Positions 1 through 11,710 of a DNA stretch of 64,000 nucleotides are shown here, piece by piece. The position numbers and the translations under genes are program-made. Position 1 is the first letter of the stretch. Each line of letters starts with the position of its first letter. Origin of the DNA: Oscillospiraceae bacterium (GTDB lineage Bacteria > Bacillota > Clostridia > Oscillospirales > UBA644). The notes beneath the pieces are model-generated. The model did not search any database. It saw only the letters and a program-made list of their open reading frames with translations, and was not told the origin of the DNA. Location: contig CACZQB010000052.1 in NCBI GenBank assembly GCA_902783255.1, positions 41,389 through 105,388 on the forward strand. Reading direction: 5' to 3'.

Positions 1-352
1 TGACTGCCATAAGGTCCGCATATTTCATTCCCGCGGCTGAACGCACAACAAGATCGCCTACGCTGCATTCGTCAAGCACGGTGATCTTTACGTTGAATTT
101 CTCTTCCGTATCCTTATACCTCTGTATAAGCCTGTCTCCTCTTGCGGTATTGCCCGACTGCGGATTTATCGGATTTTCAGAGCCTGCGCGTGCAGACGCC
201 ATAATAAACTCGTAGCCTCCAAGATCTGTTCCTTCGTTTTCGTCATAATTACCGAACTCGGGAATCAGCTCATCTTCTGGAACAGATGCGCAAGCTGCTG
301 CAAAAATCAAAACAATGACAATAATCGCCACTGTTTTAAACCACTTTAGCAT
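1..352 (-). CDS. Solute-binding-protein-like lipoprotein, paralog 1 (5' part only; gene runs off the left edge)
   Basis: Reverse-strand ATG at 350-352 gives MLKWFKTVAIIVIVLIFAAAC... (signal peptide plus lipobox Cys). The downstream block RLIQRYKDTEEKFNVKITV matches the KYNVKIT/RYNCKIT block of the paralogs at 536, 4707 and 7000. Absent from the ORF track because it is truncated. Confidence 0.7.
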   Translation of the reverse strand, partial: MLKWFKTVAIIVIVLIFAAACASVPEDELIPEFGNYDENEGTDLGGYEFIMASARAGSENPINPQSGNTARGDRLIQRYKDTEEKFNVKITVLDECSVGDLVVRSAAGMKYADLMAV

Positions 353-385
353 AATACTATCCTCGCACATATTATTCTGCATAAT

Positions 386-414
386 ATTATTACATATTTC
401 GATCGATTTGTCAA
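386..414 (-). promoter_or_regulatory. Sigma-A-type promoter for lipoprotein paralog 1
   Basis: Reverse strand TTGACA (409-414), 17 nt spacer, AATAAT (386-391) preceded by TGt. Confidence 0.4.
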
Positions 415-452
415 TATACCTATAATTATTCATCGAATTTTTTGACTTTTTC

Positions 453-481
453 TTGACTTTTTTGGAATAAAGTGATATAAT
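453..481 (+). promoter_or_regulatory. Sigma-A-type promoter for lipoprotein paralog 2
   Basis: TTGACT (453-458), 17 nt spacer, TATAAT (476-481). Confidence 0.6.
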
Positions 482-535
482 ATAACTGCAATAATAGCAG
501 CGTATAATCACTGTTTCACAGAAAGGAAAACCGAA

Positions 536-1948
536 ATGAAAAAGGCAGTTTCTTTGTTTATTCTTGTTTTTATGATTTTTTCACTCTGTTCATGTCAGCA
601 GACTGAACCTGAAACGGTCCCGGAATATTCTGATGATGTCGGGGAAGTCGATTATAAAGGCGCAGAATTCGTTTTTGCCCTGAGAAATGAAGAACATTCA
701 ACCGGTGAAGAATATTTAGGATATGTTGTAAACACTGAATTTTCCGATCTTGCAATCAAGCGAAAAAAAGAAGTTGAAAGTAAGTATAACGTTAAAATAA
801 CCGAAGATACTTCAGGCTCGGATATAGGCTATCTTATTCCTGCAACATCTCTTTCCGGCAGTGTTCCTTACGATGCCATTCAGTCGGCGTCGAACCCGAT
901 ATCCGGGCTCGTTCGCGGAGGATATTTATACGATATAACTACAATAGGCGATATAATCGATTATCTTAACGCCGGTAAGTGGGGTACGAAGGAAACACTG
1001 AAACCTATGTGCTGGAACGGCGGACTCTACGGCGTGATCCCCGCTTCATGGCCTATTCTCAAATACCGTTCGATCGACGGCGCTGTTGTTGTAAACGAGA
1101 ATATTATAAACTATCTTCGCGAAACCGATCCGAGAGAACTGGTTGAACGCGATGAGTGGACATGGAAAAAATTCGAAGAGCTTATGCCTGTATACAGCCA
1201 CATAAACGACGCCGGCGAAGAGGTAGTGGCGCTTGAGACGACCGTTCACTGGCTTTTCAGAACTATGCATACAACTAACGGTGTGCCTGTAATAATAAAA
1301 GACGACAGCGGCGATTTCAAACTCAGCCTTCACGATTCACCCGCCGTTTTTGAAGCCATGCAGACTGCGTGGAATTGGACTTTCGGCGAATTCAGCACAT
1401 ATGTAAATGTCAATACGGGCGACTGGAAAGTGCTTCTTAAAAACTTTATAGACGGCAGATCGGTACTGACTATCATGAACGGCACAGACCTTTGCGGATC
1501 CGAAAATTCGATAGCTTTCAGTATGGATAATTTCGGCGTTGTTCCGTTCCCTCACGGACCGAACGGCACTGTCGAAAACACGGGTTCGACAATAACGGAA
1601 ACGAGATTTGTAACAAGTATTCCCGCTCTCTGCAAAGAACCCGTAATGTCTGCAGTAATACTGAATGCGATCTATGAGCCTCTTGACGGTTACGACAATG
1701 AAGAGAGTATTATAGACTATCTGAGAAAACAGTATTTCTTTGACGACAGAGATGTGAATAACTTTGTAAAGATGTATGAAACCACTCTTTACAACTACAG
1801 ATGTGAAAACGTTACCGATGCCTACATCAGCATCGACAGAAATATCACCATGGCGGAAACTCTCGGAAAATACGAAAACGCCGATGAGGACAACAGGATA
1901 AAATATATCGTCAATATGGAAACTACCGCGGAAGAAATATTCGGGTAA
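536..1948 (+). CDS. Solute-binding-protein-like lipoprotein, paralog 2
   Basis: 470-aa ORF with RBS gaaaggaaa upstream. Signal peptide ends in lipobox LCSC. Shares WGTK, LYGVIP..W and YEPLDGYD...IDY...YFFDDRD blocks with the paralogs. Own promoter at 453-481. Confidence 0.85.
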   Translation: MKKAVSLFILVFMIFSLCSCQQTEPETVPEYSDDVGEVDYKGAEFVFALRNEEHSTGEEYLGYVVNTEFSDLAIKRKKEVESKYNVKITEDTSGSDIGYLIPATSLSGSVPYDAIQSASNPISGLVRGGYLYDITTIGDIIDYLNAGKWGTKETLKPMCWNGGLYGVIPASWPILKYRSIDGAVVVNENIINYLRETDPRELVERDEWTWKKFEELMPVYSHINDAGEEVVALETTVHWLFRTMHTTNGVPVIIKDDSGDFKLSLHDSPAVFEAMQTAWNWTFGEFSTYVNVNTGDWKVLLKNFIDGRSVLTIMNGTDLCGSENSIAFSMDNFGVVPFPHGPNGTVENTGSTITETRFVTSIPALCKEPVMSAVILNAIYEPLDGYDNEESIIDYLRKQYFFDDRDVNNFVKMYETTLYNYRCENVTDAYISIDRNITMAETLGKYENADEDNRIKYIVNMETTAEEIFG

Positions 1949-2003
1949 AAAAACATTTTCAATTGTTATTCATAAAATCTGTAAGGGAAAACATGTAAAA
2001 CTC

Positions 2004-2032
2004 TTTACAAACAGCCTTTTTTCTGATATAAT
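2004..2032 (+). promoter_or_regulatory. Sigma-A-type promoter for the small membrane protein gene
   Basis: TTTACA, 17 nt spacer, TATAAT (2027-2032). Confidence 0.5.
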
Positions 2033-2078
2033 ACTGTAAAGCGTTAAAATCTGCTTAATAAGTAAAGGAGACAATAAA

Positions 2079-2321
2079 ATGGATTTATTAAGAAGCATCT
2101 GGCCAACACCGTTCAAAGTTCAGCCCGGCAAGATCGGCTCGCTGATCATTCAGCTCGTGATTTTCCTTATTGTTTGCGCAATAGTCGGTTTTGTGGCAAA
2201 TCTGCTCGCATCGGTTCCCGTTGTAGGTATAATATTTACAGTTATCGGTTCCCTTATGGGCATCTACTCAACGGTAGGCATTATTCTTTGCATTCTTAAA
2301 TTTGTTGGCGTAATCAAATAA
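2079..2321 (+). CDS. Small membrane protein (two hydrophobic helices), unknown function
   Basis: 80-aa ORF with RBS aaaggagac, bracketed by its own promoter (2004-2032) and hairpin terminator (2349-2383). Hydrophobic segments LIIQLVIFLIVCAIVGFVANLL and VVGIIFTVIGSLMGIYSTVGIILCIL. Confidence 0.6.
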   Translation: MDLLRSIWPTPFKVQPGKIGSLIIQLVIFLIVCAIVGFVANLLASVPVVGIIFTVIGSLMGIYSTVGIILCILKFVGVIK

Positions 2322-2348
2322 TATTATAAACATCAAAAAAAACAACAT

Positions 2349-2383
2349 GGCTCCCTTGCATCAATGGCAGGGGAGCCTTTTAT
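2349..2383. terminator. Rho-independent terminator, bidirectional, between convergent genes
   Basis: Stem GGCTCCC(t)TGC / GCA(g)GGGAGCC (2349-2377). A-run upstream and TTTTAT downstream. Confidence 0.6.
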
Positions 2384-2435
2384 ATCCTTTTCGGGAACCG
2401 AAAAAAACTGTTCATTATATTATCGGTTCTGTGAT

Positions 2436-3575
2436 TTATTTCTGTCTGTCAAATATATCCGCCGCTTTTTTCAGCAGTTCTCTTATCGGCAGGTGCTGAG
2501 GGCAGACCTTTTCGCATTTGCCGCAGCGTATGCAGTCCGAAGCTCTTCCGTGCCCGTCGCCTGTTACGGCGTTGTCGTAATACATATGAGAGTTCCAGCT
2601 GTGAAACATTTCAAACGAATTAAGCGCAGAAAAAACCGCAGGAATGCGTATTCCTTTAGGACATTCATTTTCCTCAATGCAATAGCGGCATGAAGTGCAT
2701 GGAATGAGATGCATCCCGCGAAATATATCGCAGACTTTGCGAACTGCATTCATTTCGTTTTCATCAAGCGGTCTGAAATCGCACATCGTGTTTATATTAT
2801 CTTCCATCTGAGCCATATCGCTCATTCCGGAAAGCACCATTGCCATGTTGGGAAAACTTGCAGCAAACCGTATCGCATAACCTGCATTGCTGCACCCGTT
2901 CAGTTTACGAAATACTTCGTCAGCTTCTTTGGGAAGATTTACAAGACTGCCGCCTTTTACAGGTTCCATAACTATTACGGGCTTACTGTGCTTTTCGCAT
3001 ATTTCATATACTCTTTTGCTTTCAACCGATTCATCGTTATAGTCAACATAATTGAACTGTATCTGCACAATTTCAATTTCGGGGTGTTCCTGCAGGATCA
3101 TATCAAGAACTTCCGGCTTATCGTGAAAAGAAAGACCGAAATGGCGTATAAGTCCCTCATCTTTCAGCGCATACGCCGTTTCATACGCTTTGCAGCTTTT
3201 GTATTTCGGGTAATTGTCTTTATTCTGCGCGTGCATAAGATAAAAATCAAAATAATCAACGCCGCATTGTGAAAGCTGATGTTCAACAAATGGATGTATA
3301 TCTTCCTGCTTATTGAAATACGAAGCGGTCAGTTTATTTGTAAGCAGAAATTTATTGCGCGGGTAGCGTTTTGCAACGCAGTCTCGTATTGCGGTTTCGG
3401 ATTTTCCTTCGATATATCCGTGCGCGGTATCAAAATAATTGAATCCCGCGTCTGTAAAGGCATCTGCCATTCGGCAGAAAATATCGTAGTCTACCTCTCC
3501 GTCTTTCATTGGCAGTCTCATGCAGCCAAAGCCGAAATTTCCGTGTATTTCCGGAAAAAATCTGTTTATTTCCAT
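2436..3575 (-). CDS. Aldo/keto reductase with C-terminal 4Fe-4S ferredoxin-type domain
   Basis: N-terminus FGFGCMRLP...FDTAHGY is typical of AKRs. C-terminus has two Cys clusters, CTSCRYC...C and CIRCGKCEKVCP. Paralog of the gene at 51131-52306. Confidence 0.9.
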   Translation of the reverse strand: MEINRFFPEIHGNFGFGCMRLPMKDGEVDYDIFCRMADAFTDAGFNYFDTAHGYIEGKSETAIRDCVAKRYPRNKFLLTNKLTASYFNKQEDIHPFVEHQLSQCGVDYFDFYLMHAQNKDNYPKYKSCKAYETAYALKDEGLIRHFGLSFHDKPEVLDMILQEHPEIEIVQIQFNYVDYNDESVESKRVYEICEKHSKPVIVMEPVKGGSLVNLPKEADEVFRKLNGCSNAGYAIRFAASFPNMAMVLSGMSDMAQMEDNINTMCDFRPLDENEMNAVRKVCDIFRGMHLIPCTSCRYCIEENECPKGIRIPAVFSALNSFEMFHSWNSHMYYDNAVTGDGHGRASDCIRCGKCEKVCPQHLPIRELLKKAADIFDRQK

Positions 3576-3647
3576 TTTATGCCTCCCTGTTGCGGTATTA
3601 TTTTACAAGTTTGATGCCGTGCCGGTCAGTCAGCGACTGCTTTTACA

Positions 3648-3676
3648 ATTATAGTCGAATTTGTATGCGATGTCAA
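3648..3676 (-). promoter_or_regulatory. Sigma-A-type promoter for aldo/keto reductase 2436-3575
   Basis: Reverse strand TTGACA (3671-3676), 17 nt spacer, TATAAT (3648-3653). Confidence 0.65.
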
Positions 3677-3770
3677 TGATGTAAGGCTGAAATTCCGGAA
3701 ATTAATACATTTTTTTCGGAATGTGCTTCGCTTCTGTTTACCGTTTTTTAAGGATATAAACGTTACATAT

Positions 3771-4514
3771 TTACAGCATGTTTACTGTTTCGCTCATAAC
3801 GTCGCCTATTTTATCTCTGAAAACGATGTATGCCGCCTTGTCAAACTGCGTTTCCTCACGGTTTATAAGCACTATATGTTTTCCTCTGAAATAATGCACA
3901 AATCCTGCTGCAGGATACACAGCAAGCGATGTTCCGCCTATTATCAGCAGATCTGCGCCTGATATTTCATCGATAGCTTTTTCTATCACCTCGGCATTAA
4001 GTTGTTCTTCATAAAGAACGACGTCAGGCCTTACGGTATGCCCGCATTTTTCGCATTTAGGAATGCCGCCTTTTAATTCTTTTACTTTTTCGTTTGACAT
4101 TACCGTTTTGCAGCGTAAACAGTAATGCTTAAGTATCGTGCCGTGAAGTTCTATAACATTCCTGCTTCCCGCCATCTGGTGAAGTCCGTCAATATTCTGA
4201 GTGATAACTGCACTAAGCAATCCTCTTTTTTCAAGCTCCGCAAGCGCAAAATGCGCTCTGTTGGGTTTTGCGGATGTATTGAGGAAATAATTATAATAAA
4301 AATCGTAAAAAACATCGGGATGACTCATAAAAAAACTGTGGCTGAGTATCGTTTCCGGCGAAACTTTATATTTTTTTACAGTGTTGTAAAGTCCGTCTTC
4401 GCTTCTGTAATCTTTCAGTCCGCTTTCGGTCGAAACACCTGCTCCGCCGAAAAAAACAGTTCTGCTGCTTTGCTTTATCATTTCCGCAAATGCGGCTATT
4501 TTATTTTTGTCCAT
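3771..4514 (-). CDS. cobB: NAD-dependent protein deacylase (Sir2 family)
   Basis: Motifs FFGGAGVSTESGLKDYRS and QNIDGLH, plus the zinc ribbon CLRC...CEKCG. Start moved to MDKNK (4514) because the longer start at 4538 lies about 7 nt from the predicted TSS of promoter 4552-4580 and has no RBS. Confidence 0.9.
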   Translation of the reverse strand: MDKNKIAAFAEMIKQSSRTVFFGGAGVSTESGLKDYRSEDGLYNTVKKYKVSPETILSHSFFMSHPDVFYDFYYNYFLNTSAKPNRAHFALAELEKRGLLSAVITQNIDGLHQMAGSRNVIELHGTILKHYCLRCKTVMSNEKVKELKGGIPKCEKCGHTVRPDVVLYEEQLNAEVIEKAIDEISGADLLIIGGTSLAVYPAAGFVHYFRGKHIVLINREETQFDKAAYIVFRDKIGDVMSETVNML

Positions 4515-4551
4515 AAATAATACCCCTGAAAAGATCATTTATTTTAAAATA

Positions 4552-4580
4552 ATTATACATCTTATAAAACTCCGTGTCAA
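4552..4580 (-). promoter_or_regulatory. Sigma-A-type promoter for the Sir2 gene
   Basis: Reverse strand TTGACA (4575-4580), 17 nt spacer, TATAAT (4552-4557). Confidence 0.65.
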
Positions 4581-4646
4581 TATCGCTTTTGCTGAAAATC
4601 GTAAATACGTGATAATTGTCTCAGTAATCTTTAAATCATATTCGGG

Positions 4647-4675
4647 TTGACAAAAATGCATATTTGTGATATATT
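4647..4675 (+). promoter_or_regulatory. Sigma-A-type promoter for lipoprotein paralog 3 / araD
   Basis: TTGACA (4647-4652), 17 nt spacer, TATATT (4670-4675). Confidence 0.6.
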
Positions 4676-4706
4676 AAAAATAATCGAAAAAAAGGAAGGA
4701 TATATT

Positions 4707-6125
4707 ATGAAAAAAATCTCATTGCTCCTTGTTTTTGTAATTATTTTTTCTGTTGCAGTCACTGCATGCGGAGCAGAAGAAAAAGAAGTATTCGATGTTG
4801 ATTTCGAAATGAAAAGCGATAAAGTCGATCTTGAAGGCGTAAGCATTATTTACGAGATCGGTCTTCCCGACAGTGCGCTTGCAACGCCGGGCTGTCTCGG
4901 TTACGAGCTTGATACAACTTTCGGTGATCTTGCTTCGCAGCGATTAAAGGATATACAGAACGATTTCAACTGCACGATCAACCTGAAATATGTTAACAAC
5001 GGCGTATCATGCCGCGCGTTTGTAGCCACTTCCGCTTCCGGCGTATTTATGTGCGATGTTATTTCCGGCACTTCAGATATGTGGGCGGATGTTGCAAGAA
5101 TAGGCATGGTAATAGGAATGTCAGAGCTTGAAGATTATATAGATTATCGCAACGAAGAAAAATGGGGCTACAGAAATATGCTTGAAGTCGTTTATTATGA
5201 AGACGACCTTTACGGACTTGTTCCGCTTCTCTGGCCCGAAGTTTCCGTCTCCTACGGCAATCCGCTTGTTGTGAACGAAAACATGATATCTGCTCTCGGC
5301 GTTGCCGACCCGAGAGACCTTCTTGAGAACGGTCAATGGAACTGGGATATGTTTGACGATTGTCTCGGACAGTATTATATTGAAGAAGGCGGAGAAGTAA
5401 AGCAGTATTCTCTTACAGCAAGCAGAGATACGATAGGTAATATGTTTATCCTTTCAAACGGTTCTCATTTTGCGGAAAAGGATGCATCGGGCAAATATAT
5501 TCCGGGATTCTTTACCCCTAACGGAATAAAGGCAATGGATGCAGCGAAGCGCATTTTTGACGGACCGAACGGAAAAACAGTTAATTATGTCGCCGATCCG
5601 ATCCAGTCCCTTATATCCGGCACAACGGTTCTCGGTGCCGCGAATTCAGACAATATCATAGGCATCACAGGAAGGATATCGAAAGAAATGGATAATTTCG
5701 GTATTCTCTCGTGGCCGTGCGGACCCGATGTCGAACCCGGCTATGCCGCAGGTCATCACGCCAACATTGAAAGATGCATTGCGTTTTCCAGAATGTCAAC
5801 TCATCCCGAAGTAGCTGCAACGATAATAAATGCGGTTTATGAACCGTTTGAGGGATATGAAACGCTTGATTCTATAATCGATCTTATGACCCGCAACTAT
5901 TTCTTTGACAAGCGCGATTCAGAGGTATTTTACAATATGTATTTCAATTCCGTATATAATTATTTCCATTACAGCGGAATGTACGGATATATGCACGAAT
6001 GGTTCAGCTCAAATAAAACTCCTACCGAATATATTGAAGGCGCAAGGGATATGATCCAGCAAAAGATCGACGAATACGTTCTTCCCACAATGCGTGGAAT
6101 AGAAGCTGTCTGGGGTAAAGAATAA
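4707..6125 (+). CDS. Solute-binding-protein-like lipoprotein, paralog 3
   Basis: MKKISLLLVFVIIFSVAVTAC lipoprotein signal with RBS aaggaagga. The ORF-track TTG start at 4647 is the -35 box of its own promoter. Shares LYGLVP..W and YEPFEGYE...IDL...YFFDKRD blocks. Confidence 0.85.
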   Translation: MKKISLLLVFVIIFSVAVTACGAEEKEVFDVDFEMKSDKVDLEGVSIIYEIGLPDSALATPGCLGYELDTTFGDLASQRLKDIQNDFNCTINLKYVNNGVSCRAFVATSASGVFMCDVISGTSDMWADVARIGMVIGMSELEDYIDYRNEEKWGYRNMLEVVYYEDDLYGLVPLLWPEVSVSYGNPLVVNENMISALGVADPRDLLENGQWNWDMFDDCLGQYYIEEGGEVKQYSLTASRDTIGNMFILSNGSHFAEKDASGKYIPGFFTPNGIKAMDAAKRIFDGPNGKTVNYVADPIQSLISGTTVLGAANSDNIIGITGRISKEMDNFGILSWPCGPDVEPGYAAGHHANIERCIAFSRMSTHPEVAATIINAVYEPFEGYETLDSIIDLMTRNYFFDKRDSEVFYNMYFNSVYNYFHYSGMYGYMHEWFSSNKTPTEYIEGARDMIQQKIDEYVLPTMRGIEAVWGKE

Positions 6126-6126
6126 T

Positions 6127-6828
6127 ATGCTTGAAAAACTGAAAAAAGATGTTCTCAATGCCAATCTTATGCTTGTAAAATACGGGCTTGTCATTTTAAC
6201 ATGGGGCAATGTAAGCGGAATAGACAGAGAAAGCGGTCTTGTTGTTATTAAACCGTCCGGGGTGGATTACTCGGAACTGAGACCCGAGGATATGGTGGTC
6301 GTCGACCTTAACGGAAAAACGGTGGAAGGCACTCTCAGGCCAAGCTCCGATACTCCAACGCACATTGAACTGTATAAAGCGTTTCCCGATATAGGCGGCG
6401 TTGCACATGCGCACTCAACTTATGCAACGGCATTTTCACAGGCAATGAAAAGCATTATTCCTCTTGGCACCACACATGCGGACTGCTTCTACGGGCAGAT
6501 ACCCGTAACAAGAAAGCTGACTCAGAACGAAATAGATACGGAATACGAAAAAAACACGGGCATAGCGATAGTAGATACGTTTGAAAAAGATCATCTCTCT
6601 TATAAAGCATGTCCCGCGGCACTCGTAGCTATGCACGCGCCGTTTACATGGGGCGACAGTCCTGAAAAAGCGGTCGAAAATGCGTATATTCTTGAAAAAG
6701 TTGCCGAAATGAATGTTATTTCGTTTTGTATCTCCGAAAAAACCCGCTCAGACCCGATGGATAAGGCCCTGATCGATAAACATTATTTCCGCAAGCACGG
6801 AAAAAATGCATATTACGGACAAAAATAA
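6127..6828 (+). CDS. araD: L-ribulose-5-phosphate 4-epimerase (class II aldolase fold)
   Basis: Near-colinear resemblance to E. coli AraD as I recall it: LTWGNVS, VIKPSGVDY, PSSDTPTH, GTTHAD.FYG.IP.TRK, KHY.RKHG..AYYGQ. Starts 1 nt after the stop of the preceding lipoprotein gene. Confidence 0.9.
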   Translation: MLEKLKKDVLNANLMLVKYGLVILTWGNVSGIDRESGLVVIKPSGVDYSELRPEDMVVVDLNGKTVEGTLRPSSDTPTHIELYKAFPDIGGVAHAHSTYATAFSQAMKSIIPLGTTHADCFYGQIPVTRKLTQNEIDTEYEKNTGIAIVDTFEKDHLSYKACPAALVAMHAPFTWGDSPEKAVENAYILEKVAEMNVISFCISEKTRSDPMDKALIDKHYFRKHGKNAYYGQK

Positions 6829-6839
6829 CTATAATAAAA

Positions 6840-6870
6840 CGGACCCGAACTGAAACGGATCCGTTTTATT
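6840..6870 (+). terminator. Rho-independent terminator after araD
   Basis: AAAACGGAcCCG ... ACGGATCCGTTTT hairpin followed by a T-run. Confidence 0.55.
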
Positions 6871-6927
6871 TATGGATTGTATACAGATGTTCAGCGCTGA
6901 TAGACAAGAAAAAATTGTAAAATAATA

Positions 6928-6956
6928 TTGACAATCAGGTAATTGCGAAGTATAAT
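6928..6956 (+). promoter_or_regulatory. Sigma-A-type promoter for lipoprotein paralog 4
   Basis: TTGACA (6928-6933), 17 nt spacer, TATAAT (6951-6956). Confidence 0.65.
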
Positions 6957-6999
6957 AAAAGCATATAGAATATAAGTTAACATCGAAAGGAAAACCGAT

Positions 7000-8376
7000 A
7001 TGAAAAGAATACTATCTGCCGTTCTTGTTATTCTGCTTGTTTTTGCTCTGTGTTCGTGCGGCGGACAGCCTGAGAGTGAAGCAGTTCCGGAATATCAGCT
7101 TGATGCCGAAACGGAAAATTTTGCCGGAATGGAAATATCGTTTTTCGGCGACACTGATCTGTTTTTCAGATATGAGGCACATTCTCCGGCATATGACGCG
7201 CTTGTAAAGCGTATAAGGGAAGTTGAAAGCAGATATAACTGCAAAATAACATATAACTCCTCCTCTTCCGCCGATAGTCTCGTTACTGCGTCCTTTGCTG
7301 CCGGCGAACCGCTCAGCGACGCCTTGTTCCTTGATGCCAAACCTTTCAGAACTCTTGCGGCGGGCGGTTATCTGCTTGATCTGAACAGCTATTCGGATAT
7401 AATAGACGTTAACGATTCTTTCAGATGGGGGTCGAAAAATGTTCTTGAAATATGCTGCTGCAACGGCCACCTTTACGGCGTTACCCCGGCAGCATGGGTG
7501 GACAAAATGTCACCGTACTATTTCCTTGTTGTTACAAACGATGATATAGTTATGAAAAACGGATACTCCGATCCTCATGAATATTATGAAAACAAAACAT
7601 GGAACAGAACTCTTTTTGAAGAAATGGTAAGAAACTGCGCCGACCTTGACGCCGGTATATACGGAATAGATACGTCAGCCGAATTTATCGGACGTATGGC
7701 AGTATATTCCGACGGTATAGGACTTACGGATACATCCTCGGCAACTCCTCGCTCCACATGGCACAGTGCGAGTGTTCTTGACAATCTTCAGTGGGCGGCG
7801 GACTTTGTTGCGGCAAACAAACAGTATATTACCCAAAAAGGCGAAAGCTACGATCTTTTTATTGAGGGAAAATCGGCAATGGCTATGCCTGCGATCCATC
7901 ATTTTTGCAGAAAAATCATATTCACCACCGCTATGAGCAGCTATTCCGTAATGCCGTTCCCATGCAGTGATGCGGCTGAACCCGGAACATGCGGAGGATT
8001 TTTTTCTACAGGACTCGATACGATTTCCATGCCTGTTTTAACAACTACCGAAACCGAGACCGCAACAGTGATAAATGCGATGTGGGCGCCTATGGACGGT
8101 TACGAAACAGAAGATGCGCTTGATTCATATTATATTTCCAATATATTCTTTAAGAGAGCCGATCTGGAAATATATAAAAACTGCGTCAGCAATTCACGAT
8201 ACAATTACTGGGTCGAAAAAGTTTTCACTCCGCTTGAAAACATTATTTCATTGGTCGTCAGCGGTCAATCCACACCTTCTCAGGCAGTGGAGCAATATAT
8301 CGATGCCGCCGATGAGGTCATAGCAAATGTGGTCGTTCCAAATGAAACCGGTCTTTCGGAATATTTCAATAACTGA
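7000..8376 (+). CDS. Solute-binding-protein-like lipoprotein, paralog 4
   Basis: Signal peptide plus lipobox (FALCSCG), with RBS gaaaggaaa identical to that of paralog 2. Blocks RYNCKIT, WGSK, LYGVTP..W and APMDGYETEDALD...IFFKRAD. Own promoter at 6928-6956. Confidence 0.85.
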   Translation: MKRILSAVLVILLVFALCSCGGQPESEAVPEYQLDAETENFAGMEISFFGDTDLFFRYEAHSPAYDALVKRIREVESRYNCKITYNSSSSADSLVTASFAAGEPLSDALFLDAKPFRTLAAGGYLLDLNSYSDIIDVNDSFRWGSKNVLEICCCNGHLYGVTPAAWVDKMSPYYFLVVTNDDIVMKNGYSDPHEYYENKTWNRTLFEEMVRNCADLDAGIYGIDTSAEFIGRMAVYSDGIGLTDTSSATPRSTWHSASVLDNLQWAADFVAANKQYITQKGESYDLFIEGKSAMAMPAIHHFCRKIIFTTAMSSYSVMPFPCSDAAEPGTCGGFFSTGLDTISMPVLTTTETETATVINAMWAPMDGYETEDALDSYYISNIFFKRADLEIYKNCVSNSRYNYWVEKVFTPLENIISLVVSGQSTPSQAVEQYIDAADEVIANVVVPNETGLSEYFNN

Positions 8377-8431
8377 GCAAGCATCGGTTAAGCGCATTTG
8401 ATGTTGAACGGCGATAAAAAATATAAACAAT

Positions 8432-8469
8432 CAAAACAGTCTCACAAATAATCGTGAGACTGTTTTTTA
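8432..8469. terminator. Bidirectional terminator between lipoprotein paralog 4 and the GH2 gene
   Basis: Perfect 10-bp stem ACAGTCTCAC / GTGAGACTGT with an 8-nt loop, flanked by AAAA and TTTTTT. Confidence 0.75.
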
Positions 8470-8539
8470 TGAGCTTCAGAAACAAAATGTAAAGTCAAAT
8501 GCTATTACATTCAGTCCTTTTCACTGAAAAAAGATGTTT

Positions 8540-11566
<3,027 letters not shown>

Positions 11567-11576
11567 TTACATGATA

Positions 11577-11605
11577 ATTATATCATAAACGTATCGTAAA
11601 GTCAA
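11577..11605 (-). promoter_or_regulatory. Sigma-A-type promoter for GH2 beta-galactosidase
   Basis: Reverse strand TTGACT (11600-11605), 17 nt spacer, TAATAA preceded by TGa (extended -10). Confidence 0.45.
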
Positions 11606-11636
11606 CAAATAATTTCGGTAATCGTCTTTTCCGGTA

Positions 11637-11665
11637 TTGACATTAACTGTTTATTGTGTTAAAAT
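11637..11665 (+). promoter_or_regulatory. Sigma-A-type promoter for the GDPD-VOC-esterase unit
   Basis: TTGACA (11637-11642), 17 nt spacer, TAAAAT (11660-11665), with TGTGt upstream of the -10. Confidence 0.55.
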
Positions 11666-11710
11666 CAATTAAACATAATTCTGTTCATCAATCGATGAAA
11701 GGAGAGCCAA

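Noticed and set aside
2364-2693. A 109-aa plus-strand ORF starting in the terminator after the small membrane protein.
   Set aside because: It begins inside the hairpin terminator and is antisense to the Fe-S domain of the aldo/keto reductase.
4592-4606. An exact 15-mer, CTGAAAATCGTAAAT, occurs in two intergenic regions (4592-4606 and 43825-43839), 40 and 31 nt upstream of the -35 boxes of the lipoprotein-3 and PEPCK promoters. I considered a shared activator site or a cre-like element.
   Set aside because: It does not fit the CcpA cre consensus (wrong TG-to-CG spacing), it is not palindromic, and the flanks share nothing further. A related AAAATCGTAA at 16843-16852 is simply the -10/TSS region of another promoter. 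A 15-mer repeat in a 64-kb AT-biased window is within chance expectation. It would only be worth revisiting if a genome-wide motif search shows enrichment.
4647-4706. N-terminal extensions in the ORF track: 4647 (TTG), 16954, 22726 (TTG), 54240 (TTG), 24227, 31492, 21217, 38625, 47781.
   Set aside because: The extended starts fall inside promoter boxes or inside the preceding gene. Internal starts have proper RBSs and give canonical N-termini (lipoprotein signal peptide, MGNLNI for Arg[10 protein letters not shown] for YicC, MRHELKY for VTC).
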